Below are positions 1-12,000 of a stretch of DNA of 64,000 nucleotides, piece by piece. Made by a program: the position numbers and the translations under genes. Positions within the stretch are counted from its first letter, which is position 1, and the number at the start of each line of letters is the position of its first letter. The DNA is taken from NCBI GenBank assembly GCA_050250375.1, contig JBFWOS010000003.1, positions 739,359-803,358 of the forward strand, in the 5' to 3' direction. The stretch comes from Candidatus Omnitrophota bacterium (GTDB taxonomy: Bacteria > Omnitrophota > Gorgyraeia > Zapsychrales > Zapsychraceae). Under the pieces are notes generated by a model, which had not been told where the DNA came from, made no database searches, and saw only the letters and a program-made list of their open reading frames with translations.

Positions 1-3000
1 CCCCAGCCAAATCTAAGGCAATCCTTTCGGCTTCGGGACTATGTTCAAGATTTAGATTTACCCGACGGCCCTGTGGTGTTTCTCCCTTGGACGAACTCAG
101 ATCAATAAAAATAACATCACCGGATTCAGTAATAATCGGTGTGGCTTGAGCTTCTAATTTAATATTGTCTTTTTGTAATCTTTCAAATGTACTTTCAAAA
201 TTTTCCGCCATTTTTTGCTTAACCGCATTCCCGCCTTCTTTGGACATGCTTAAAGCCGCCATAGCCAAATCTTCCCCAACGTGCAAATCAATTCCGCGTT
301 CAGCGATGGCCTCTCTAAAGGATTTTTCATATCCCGTACCCAACAATGTTTTGAGGTCAATATTGGTAATATGCCCAACATCTCCAGTCTTAATAGCTTC
401 AATAATCTGTTCTGGTGTCATTCTTGAAAGTTCAAGTCTTTGAACAGAAAGCTGTGGACCCTCTTTACCCGACAACAATTCACCCGTCCGGATTCTCCCA
501 GCCCAAATAGCTGTTTGTTCTGAGTTTTGCCGCAATTGCGAGGCATCAGTTTCAACAGAAAGAACAAAAGGCGCTTGAAGTTTTCTGCCTAATTTTTGAG
601 ACAACTGTTCATACCGCACCTTTAATTCAGCCGCAATGGCCGGAACAGAAACCGAACTTTTACCTGAACCGGTCGCACCGGCGACAGAATAAATCTCACC
701 TTTCCCGGCTTCACCAGACATTACTTGCCGTTCTACTAAATCAAGTTGATAGTCTAATTGGTCTTTTAATGCCGCGTCCATATTAACCTGTTCTTGGTTG
801 CGACCTTTTTGCATAGCATTTCGCAACGGACCAACTAATTCGTCTTCTGTTGTTCTTTGCTTATCCTTTAATCCATCCGAAGCACCGACGCGCAGGCGAG
901 ACGTTGATGTTTCAGCTGAAGTTCCTCTTCTGGACATTAAGAACGGGAGGGTGGTTGAAAGTATTCCGGTTGGCGGACCGGTGATTGGAGGAGTAAGAAT
1001 ATCCGGCAACTTAAGCGGACTATCCGGAGCGCGCGGCTGTAAGCCGCTGGCTTTTTCCGCAATAGTCCGTCCCTGACCTGCTTCCCCAACATACCCTAAC
1101 ACATTTTCAACAAAATCATGCGGCGTGCTTGTAGACAGCCTATCCGCTACTTCAGCAGACACGACCACTTTTCCCAAATCCATCATATCTTTTTGACGGG
1201 TGCGAGCCATTTCAGAAATTTCATGCAATCGAACAGAACCTTCACCATTATGGATTAAAACTGTTCGGGTGCGCCCATTGCTGCCAGAACCTTGCTGTGA
1301 ATACCAAAGACCAGACCGACCAATGGATTCCGCACTTGAAGCCAGAGGATCAATATATTCATAAACTTCAATGGCATTACCTTCAGTAATACGTACCCTT
1401 AACTGTCCATTACTATCCCGGAATTCTCTTACGCTTAAAGGTGATGTCCCCTGTCCTAATTGCTGCCGGGTCTCTGTCCAATTTTCCCGTCCACCGCCTT
1501 GCGCTTCTAATCTGACAATTTGGGTGTTCACAAGCATTTCAACTTGAGAATTAGTTAAACTTCGCGCACCATCCGATGCGCCTGTAGATGAATCAGAAGC
1601 CATATTAGTTGTTGGATTATTTGCCCTCCACTCTCGTAACTCGCTTACTTGCGCAGATCGCCATCCATTAAACTCAGCATTTTGAGCTGCTAATTGTTCT
1701 GCCTGTGAACGACTTAAAGGTGTTCCGCTTGTTTGTTCCGCTTGACCTTTAGAATCCGCCATGATTTGATCTACATTAGTAGTTTTTTCCGGAGCAAATC
1801 TTAGAGCTTGTTCTAATATGTCCGCCCCTTCGACATTTCCGCGCGAATGAAGATCCTTTGCCTGCTGAATTGTCACCTCAAATACGCCTCTTCCTCCAGA
1901 TGTTAACGCTAATCCTAATTGGTCTGCTTCAAATCCTGTCCTAGATCCGACAGAACCCGTTTCTCCACTGCCGATACCAGTTGGCCCTCTTCGAGTAGAA
2001 GGAGTTATACCCGCTCCACTTCCCCCAGCCAAAGGCCCCTCTTCAAGTCCCGGGATGGTGCGACCTCTTCCGCCTGCCGCAAAGCCCGGCAAACTGTAAA
2101 ATGCTACCTGACTGGCCATTTCATCAACCTTTTGATCCACATAATTTCTTTCCGCATTCGCTTTAAATTGGGCCGCATCGGCGCCGGTTAATTCCTCATA
2201 ACCACGACTTCGTCTTCGGGAATTTTCTTCTCTAAGCGCTTGTTCAGCGGCAGCTGGGGCTGACGATTGTATAGATTGTATGAATAAATCATTTCCTCTA
2301 ATCATATTGGCTGTAATTTGATGGATGCTTGTTAGCTTTGCTACCGTAGCCAATTGCGAATGCATATATGGATGCGCCATCAGGGTGTCAAATGCCCCAG
2401 CCACATATTTTGTTTCTCCTGTAGCTGTCGTTCGGGCAAAGGCAATTGAAGATAATCTTTTTTGACCTAAAGCTAATGGCAAAGCTATGTCCGTACCCAT
2501 ATCAAATCCGGAAAGCATATGAACCAACATTGAGTTAAATATACCTATTTCTCTTCCTTGCGCATCAACGAGGAATAATTTATTTAAAGCGCCCCTGAAA
2601 TGTTGCGCCATTGTTTTATTATCATTTCCCATAGAAGATGTAATTATTCCTTCCACCGGAACCGTCATGGCCGCAAAGGCCGGCATAATTAAGGCAAAAT
2701 CCGCGGCCCCAAACATTGTGACAGACCGAACCAACTGTGGATTGTCTAGAAGAACCCGCAAACTCAATTGTTCCTTTGCTAATTCACCCAATACCTGCTG
2801 GCGAGCAAACTGCAACCCTCCGCGCATTGCGCCCATCACCCCACCGATAGCGCCACCTCCCAACGCATATAAAAGAGTGTTACCGGATAACAACGATTCA
2901 CTTACACTTTTTCCATTAGCCAAATTCGCAGAGACCCCCACACCATACCCCAATAATGCCCCCGAACCGGAGCCTAAAGCACTTTGACGTGCTATATATC

Positions 3001-6000
3001 CACCCAAAGTTTCATTGGTAAAAAATTTCCCAAGCCCTTGTTTAGTTGAACTGCTTAGCAACAGACTGTCTCTTAAAGGAAGGCCTTGCGGATTAACTCC
3101 CTTTGCCCATGCCGCCATCCTATTTACTGATCCTACTACTTCTGTTTTTGGCATACTTATTCCAATGGCCTCGGCTAACGACGATCCCCCGAAGTAAGAC
3201 GAAACAAAATAACCCGCTGCGGCGTTCAATAAGTATCCTGTTAGCCCATATTCCACAGGTTTTCCGTCTTTATCTATCTTATAATAAGTTTCCGCATGAG
3301 CTCCTAGCGCACCCATTAGGGCAAACCTTGGCCCTAATAAGCTTCCTACGCCTCGCTTAACGGCGACCTCTTGACCAAATAATTTAAAAATTTGCCCGCC
3401 GCCCATTTGAAGCGCTTGCATATTTGTCCCCAAACGCCCCCTAGATAATATTCCAGGTAAATTACGCCCTCCCAATACAGTGCCTAAAGCAGCTCCAACC
3501 AAAAAATCACCTGCAGTAGCACCAATTCCATTATTATGCTGTCCATCCCGAGCAAAATCTGCTCCAGCGCCACGAGCCATATTAAATACGCCTCCTGGCA
3601 GTGCACGCGTCATAATCACCCGTCGGGTGGCTTCTGTCATTGAGATGCCTAATATTTTTGTATTTTGAAGATTTAACGCTCGGCCAGCAATTAAAAAATC
3701 TTGGAAGGTTGCCGTTTCTTTCAACCCAAGGGTATAAATATTCATGAACCGTTGTCCTGCGGCCGTTTTAAGTAATCCCAAACCCAGTCCGCCTACAACC
3801 AACGCCCCCGCAAATCCAGCCCCATAACCTTGAGCAAAAGACTTTATAAACTCATACCCACTAAAGTCTTTCCCAGACGCAATTACGCCGCCAAGATATC
3901 CTGCTTGATTTCCTAACCCGGCAATTAAACCGAAATCTCTTGCTCCAACAAATAAATTCCTTGCTGACGTAGATGTCAACGCTGAAGCCACGGCCGCACC
4001 TCTGGCGCCGCCCACATATGTAAATGCACGCGTTAATAGTCCAGGCGTTGCTGCTACTGTTGCTGCTCCGGCCTCGGCCGCAGCGCCAGCCTTTACACCA
4101 CCGCCAAGCATGGTAAGACCCCGGCCAACAGCAAGCACCGAAAGCGGCGCAGAAGCCCCAACTAAAGCCCAATTTCCTAAATTATTTCCAATATTATCCC
4201 ATCCGCCGGACATAACATTATAACTCGCACCAAGCCCAGTTGCCAACGCTGATGTCGCCGCTGATAATTCTAAAAATCCAACCACTCGAGCTAAATTTGG
4301 GGCATTTTGAATACCCACTCTTGCCAACGTATAAGTACCAGCCGTTAACATTGCTGTGGTTGTATATCTAGTGGTCGCAGTACCAACTGTTCCCAAGAAA
4401 CCAAATCTTAACGGTGTGATTGCGCCTAAGACCCCATACAAAGCAATTTCTCCCCCCGTGAGGTGTCTACCCGTTTCACCGTGTTTTAAAATGTCCGCAC
4501 CTATGACTGATGTGGCAGCGACCCCTGTTGCAATAAGGCCACCAGCTAAAACTTTGGAACCAGCTACAGATGGATCAAAAAACGTACTAACAATTCCGAA
4601 AATGGCTCCACCAACGATTAATGTGTATCCGCCGAGTTCAGACCAAGTGACCGCATCATTCACGGCTAACATCGGAGTCCCGTATTGCATCATCTGATCG
4701 ACAGACATTTTTGACAACACCAAATCCATCTGTTCCCGATTAACTCTTCTCATCGCATCAACATATGCCGGATTAATAGCCCCACTATCTAAGGTAAACG
4801 AAATCCCATCAATAGCATTCTCCCGAATACTGTAATAACGGTCTCTATCGCTTGAACTTGTCAATATGCGCGCTAGGCCAATTTGTTCTTCTGAGGATTG
4901 CCCTAACATAGAACCATCAAACAATAAATCATCATCATTACCGAAAACGGTTGATCGAGCAAAAAAGAAATTTTTTGCCCTTTGCAACGCCCCCTCAAAG
5001 TTGTGAATTGAAGCTACTTCCTGCTGAAGTGCGGCACGCTGTTCTTTTAACTGAGTCAACCGTTGTCTGTCCGTTGGACTTAATCTATCAATTGCCAATT
5101 GGTCTATATCGACGTAATCATAGGGCCCCACACCCATCCCCATGTCTCCCCCTCCGCTATTAGCGAAATAATCTGTCCAATGCCTTCCAGATCTAATAAT
5201 GGCTCTTATCTGACTATTTAAGGAATCAACCTGGTCTTCTTTCGCTGAAAGCGTGCGCGCTAAAGCAGACCTTTCATCCTCTAAAGCAAGTTCATTTTGT
5301 GCATCCTGCAGTAACGATTCGGTTATTTGCCGATATCGTTCAGACTGGACTATTGTATGAAACTCTCTTGATTGTGAATAAAATGCTGCGGCAAATTGTT
5401 CCCTAGTAGCCGATGTGCCGTTTTCGTTAAAATACAATACATCTGGTAAATTGAATGGATTTCCTTCCCTATTATCTCGAACCAGGGTGTACATTGTCAT
5501 ACCACCAACTGTTCGCTTTGTTCCATCGGGATCTGTCACCTCGATTCCTCTGATCCGTTGGGCCTGATAATTCGGGAAAAATTTCCTCCCCTGAGGTGTG
5601 CTTATAAGAGCTCCATTTATTAATCGACCATTCACCTCCAAACCAAAAGAATTTATTACCGCATGTACTTCGTCTCCTTCTTTAACGAAGCTCAAATTCT
5701 GGATAAGATCCCCTCGCATTCTTGTGTGACGATTAATCGTTGCTTGATCATCCCCATAGTAAATATTTTCAAAGTTGCGTTCTAATATGCTCTCAACATT
5801 CGTCTCTCCTCCCAGAAAAGCATAAATAACTTGCTCCGTAGTTCCCCGCCTTGTTACCCCGTATAAGAGGACAGGCGCCCTGTCCGTAATACCGCCCGCA
5901 TTAGAAAGCGTTATAGATTTAGCCTGTGAAAACTCAGGAAACACACCAGCGCGAGGAATTCCGCGCTCAGAATCAGCTCCCGCATAATATTTCATTTCAA

Positions 6001-9000
6001 AATTTCGATCTACGATTGTTGTGCTATCCTGACCCCATAACGGAAAATCCTGCATGACATTCCCTGTCGAACCTTCTGCGCGGAGAGTAGAGTCCAACCG
6101 AATGACAATTTCTTTATTTTCATCGCGTGAAAAAATCCTTCCAGGTAAATCCGAAGGAGTAGGCTGAATTGTCGGATCATCTTGCTGAGTAGACCCAATA
6201 GCTAAGGATAATCGGCCATCGCTTCCTAGAATAATTTTTGTTAAAACTGTTTCGCCTTCCCCTCTAACACGGGTTGTCTGAATAACATTTTCTTTGCCCC
6301 GATCCAAGAAGATATCCGGAGAAGACTCCCTGTAACCTGCTTCCAATCTACCGTCAGCCGTAGCATCTTGCCTAACCCTTGCCGCCACCTCTCTGGCTTG
6401 GGTCCTGGCTACATTTTCATCCAGCTGACCGGACGCGGTTCGTCCATTAATATCGTAGGTTCTGCCATCATTCATCTGAACCCGAATCACGCCCGTTTCG
6501 CGGTCAACGACAACTTCTCCTATCTTAGTATTATCACTTCGCCTGATATCCTCTCTTACTACGTTCTGTTGAGCATTGGCTCCTGGTAACGCTGAGGCGT
6601 TAACAAACACTTCCCCACCTTGAAGGATAAGCGCATCCCGCAATTTTCCTGTCCTGTCACGATATAGGTATACATTATTTCTTCCTGTAATATATGTTAC
6701 AGCTCGCTCTATCCCACCCCTCCGTGAATAGTTTGACCATACCTCACCAGTCGGGTTGTTCAAATATGTCGCAAATCCTCCGTCCGCGCTTGTTAATGTT
6801 TCCCCATTATCTCTGAAATTGATTAAACGACCGTCATCGACAAGATCGCCAACTATCCGGACATTATCCGCATACATACTCCATTGATTGGTAAAATTGT
6901 AATAACGTGAATTGCCTCTGGCGTCCATGCTAATAATTGATCCGCCTGCATTAGTCGAAAGCTTGTTGGTTTGACTCACCTGAGCCGTTCCCCCGCCTCT
7001 TTCATTGGCAATTACTTGAGAAACACTATTTGAAACAATCAATTGGTTTGCTCGATTTATCGCCGCATTGGGTTCATGCTTAAAGAAATAATTGGAATTG
7101 GACATAAACTCATTAAAGGTCATACCTTGATCGGTGATTCCATAAAACAATGCCGTCTCAGTATTGACTCCGCCCGCCTGATAAAATTGATCGCCTTCTG
7201 CACGAGGATCTGAATCCGTCGCTAAAACATTATTTTTGATTGTTTGAGCATCAGCACTGGCCTGTCGTCCAGCTCTAAGAAGAACCAATCCCCGGCCGCC
7301 ACCCTCATCAAGCGATTCAACTACCGCAGTTTGACCGGGATCACGGGAATCTGTTGTCCTTTGCTCAGCCGGCGGATTAGGCGCGTTTGGATTTTTATTT
7401 TTGTCAGGATCTAGATAATCTCTTATCACTTGAACCCCGTCGCTTGCTCCAATGAACAATTTGTTCCCGTCGCCAACCCGGGCTAAATTAAAGGTGGAAA
7501 CTTCTTCTCCCGAGCGACCTCGAATAAAATCAACCGCTTGTCCTAATGCTGTATAATAAACTGGTCCACTGGCGTCTCTTCTGCTATCAGGCGTGTTGTT
7601 TCCTCTTGAAGCGACAATTTCCCCCGCTTCCATACTCATGGAAGCTTCCGGGGAAGCAACTATAGTACCGTCAAAATATCGGGCGCTTCTGATCAGACCG
7701 CCCTCCCTAATCGTTCTCGTTCCAACAATCCTTAATTCACTTATACCAAACCCGACATTTGAAGGTACAGCACCTTCAGGTAAAGCTGGCGGTCGATCAG
7801 CACCAAACCCAGTTGCGTTTTCGGTGCCGGCGATCGCCCTTGCGACAGCTTGTTCAACATTATAAAAATCTCCCTGGGACTCGCTTCGCATGTTAAACCG
7901 TCCGTTTGCATCAATACCACCAATGGAACGTCGATTAACCGTCATCCATACTGTACCGCCCTGGGTTTCCGTTCTTCCATTGAATTCCGGGGATGTGCTA
8001 TTAAAAAGCCGCCCCATACGAACATCCCCGTTAATAGGATCGACCGTTAAATTCCCCTGCTTAATATTACCCGTCAACGGCACCAAACTGTTATTGGCCA
8101 GCAACATCTCAAATCGGCCCGTTGCCAAGTTAATGCCTGGTGAAGCGGCAGTTATTGTTGCCGTTCCGTCCGTATCAATCGGTACATTTAATGTCGCAGC
8201 CTCGGAGCCGGATTGATTGTCCCGTTGAGGTTCAGCTTCAGATTCAGCTTCAGTCGACTGAGTACTCGCTCTTAACTCATTTTTTATAGCTTCGGCTTGG
8301 GTAATAAATTCCTGCACGCCTTCCGTACTTTCCCCCCTGGCCGTTCTTCGAATAAATTCCGGATTTCTCACTTGATCCTCCGGTCTAATTGTTCTCTCAA
8401 GCCCTGGAGACCCAGCCGTCACAACACCAGTTAAGGTGTGGTACGTTAACCCCGCATTAACTGTTTCACTTATGATCGACCGGGCAGATATGGCTCCCAT
8501 CGCATCAGAAATGAGAATTTGATTTTGTTGACCGTTTTGACGTTCCGCCGGTGTAAATATCATAAGCCCTGTCGGCCCATCTCTTCGAATACCGCTAAAT
8601 AAAGCCAAATACGCTTCTCTTCTGGGCGTTAACCCTCCTCCTGCCATTGTTTCAGCACTCACCTCGCTGGCCAATCTGCGCTCTTGTGAAGCATCTGAAA
8701 CAACCACGTCTTGTTGGCTAATAACATAAGCTTCGCCTCGATTCGTAGGATCAACCGTTATCCATTCTTTGCGATCACCGTCATATACAAACGGCCGCCC
8801 TCTATTGGCAACAGCAACATAACCAGCCTCCCGGACAGCAGAAGCCCCCTCGCCAATTCGAGTTGACGCCCTGCCGGACAACGACAAGGCCAAGGCGCCT
8901 CGATTTAACTCATTTGGCTGTACCATTTCAGCGCCTATAATTTGACCATCTGGGCTGCCCCCTTCTCTCACAGGGCGAATGATATAAACCGTGCCCTGTT

Positions 9001-12000
9001 CCACTTGGCCATATACAGGCATCCCCTGATCATCTTGATAGAGAGCATTTGTAGTAGGATTATAATAAACTTGTTGGAATGGATTCTTACCAAAAACGGG
9101 ATCTCTTCTAACCAATTGGTCATTGCCGTCTCTGACTATATTGCTTGTACGAATGACGCTTCCCATTCCAATTTTAATGCCGTAATTTTGCTGAAAAGCG
9201 GATTCTCCATAAAAATCAAATGGTTCTACATACGCCTGGTCATACCGATCTCTTAACCCTAAAATAACAAGACCATTAATGGCAGCCTCTCCGGCAGGAT
9301 CAGGCCTCAAGGCCTGTGCGATAGTGGCTTCAGTTTTTACCTCATTTGATCTATTTTGATTTGACTCTGTAACAGGGGCGCGTAAAAATGGTGCTATTGT
9401 TGAATATACAGAATTTGTAACAAACATGCTCCTGGCCGCAGCACTATTATCATATCCTAAAAATCCCTGCGTAATGCCTGCACGTACAACTCGGTCTGTT
9501 TCGGGATTATAACGAAGCCTGAACAATGAATTCCCTAAATCTTCGGGATTAAGTTGCGGCTCTTGAATAAGCGTTCCGTCTGCGTTTCTAGCCCCCAGTC
9601 TCGCTTGTCCCATTTGATTGGCTTTATCAGGATTAATTATTCCTTCAGAAAAGAGAGCCCTAGAGGCCAGTGGCGTTCCAGCAGCTAAAACAGACTCCCT
9701 TGTCTCTGGTACAGAATTGGGGTCTGAATCGGCAGGACTGGTTCGAATACTAGTCGTTACGGGAGCCCCGCTTGCCAAGACTTGGTTCCCATTTTTATCC
9801 AGGATGAAAACATCATAAAATGCACGACCATTAATTACTTTTTCAATGTTAATAGTGCCATCCGCGTTCCTTGATAAAGTAGGGTCATTCGGATTGATTG
9901 CATCTGCTAAAATAACCTGGGTCGCAATCATCCCATCACCACCCGTCAACCCTTGTAAAAATGCTTCATTAATTCCAAGAGCTCTTAAACTGGCTCGTGT
10001 ATTTTCATCAATTGGACCTGCCGCAAGCATCGTCGCAGCCGGCCTGATCGCTTGGGCTCGATATAAAATATTACCAGCAAGATCCCGCGTAATAATTGTC
10101 ATACTGCTGCCCAAATCAACACCACCCCGACCAATATTAAACGATATTGGTGCTGTTAAAAATTGATTAGCCCTACTCGACAGAAGCCTTTTACCATCTG
10201 CACTATATATTTCTTCCCTGTCGGATGCCGTATAATTTATATTTACTGATATTCCATTAGCATAGGCCCCTCTGGCTAATGATAACATTCCGTTTACCCG
10301 GCCACTTACGGCAGGATCTATCCCCATTGCAGCAGCCAATTCTTCTGCTCTTTCAAGTTTTAACCCTGTAGATTCAGGATTTCTTACCAATACACCATTA
10401 TTTCCATCAGGGTTAGCACCTGCAATTAAATAGTGCTGGCCAATTAATCCTTGAATAGCTTTTCTGGTTTCTTGATTATCGTTTGTTATAATTTGAATGG
10501 TTTGCTGAAGAGTAAGAAAGTCAGACCTTCTGGTTCCGATAAATTTTAATACACCTGCTCCTTCTTCGCCCTCTTTAGGGGTAACAAAAGCAGCCGTTGA
10601 AATACCCTTAGTCAATGATGAGGCATCTAATGTAATTCCATCTTGTGCATTTACGACAGGATTATTAGAAACAAACAGTTCAAGTTGATTATTAAGATTA
10701 GCAACTACTTGAGATGAACCCGGAGCTCTTACCCGGGCTCCCCCAAATACAGTGTATACATCCCCCCGGCTTTCTATTTCCCGATTATGCGCCAATCGGG
10801 CACTATACTGCTGCGCAACAAACTCTCTCTGTTGCTCTATGGTAAATTCTTCTCCATCCCGCTCTCTCCGCAACCTTTCAAGATTTAAACGTCCCGCCGC
10901 AAATTGTTCTGCCTCATTCCTATCCCAACCGATTGCCCTTCTAAATCCAATCGGAGGACCCGGTTCAAATAGCGCATCACGATATGCTCTTTGGGACAAG
11001 TATAGCGCATCGTCCTTACTTTTCCCTTCTGATATAGCGTTTCTATAAGCTACAATTGACCGAGCAAATGCCTCTGACTCAGAACCAACAACCTTATTAT
11101 TCGTTAAAATAAAATTATCCGGCGTGTTTCCTGTTTTTCCTTGAGTGCTGGTTCTTAACGCTCCAAATTGAAATTCTTCACCACGCCTATTCATTAATCG
11201 GCCTTCTGAAATTTCTACATCCACGCCGTTTGCATTCATATAAGAAATAAAAGCAGGATCAACCAATGCTTGAATCTGCGTATCTTGGTTAGTTAATAAC
11301 GCAAGCTCGCCATCTTGATCAATTCGTACACGCTCGCCCGTAGTCGAGTTTACTCTATATAAGTACCCGTCATCGTCCCGTTGGAACATATACTGCCCGT
11401 CATACATATCTTGCATGGAAGTAAATCGTCCACCATTCCATACGCCCGCTGTTTCAGAAGTCAACCCAAAGACACTACTTAAAACTAGCGGATCAAATCG
11501 TTGAATCATTTTAAAACGTAATGTCCCCCCGCCAAGCCTGTCTACCATATTCAATCCATTCTGACCAAACCCGATAAAATCAGCACGATACCCGACTCCT
11601 GTTTCTGAAGGATTATTCTGATCAAATTCAAAACCATAGTGTCCGCCAAACAAATATGTTTGTCTGCTTTCTACACCAGCAGCATCTCTAAGCGCAAAGC
11701 TCCATCTTGTTGGCGCCCTAGCCTGGATACCTAAAGTATTTAAAGATTTGGTAAATGCGCTATTTTCACCAAGAATATTTACCGTATTTGAAGCTAATAC
11801 CGCATCTACAAAAGTTGGATTTTGTATATTTACTGAAGATGAACGAAGCGTATTGAGAGTTGCGTTAACATCGGATGCCGTTGCATCGTAGGCACCGAAT
11901 AACACCCCCCCCATTGTAATTAATTCTTCGACTCCTCGCAATCCAGGACTGTTTCCCCCTATTAAATATTCCCCTATATAACTATTAAACGTATCATAAA

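Noticed and set aside
165-11048. Numerous 60-113 aa ORFs in the track, mostly on the plus strand
   Set aside because: They are antisense or off-frame shadows of the giant minus-strand ORF, with no recognisable motifs.
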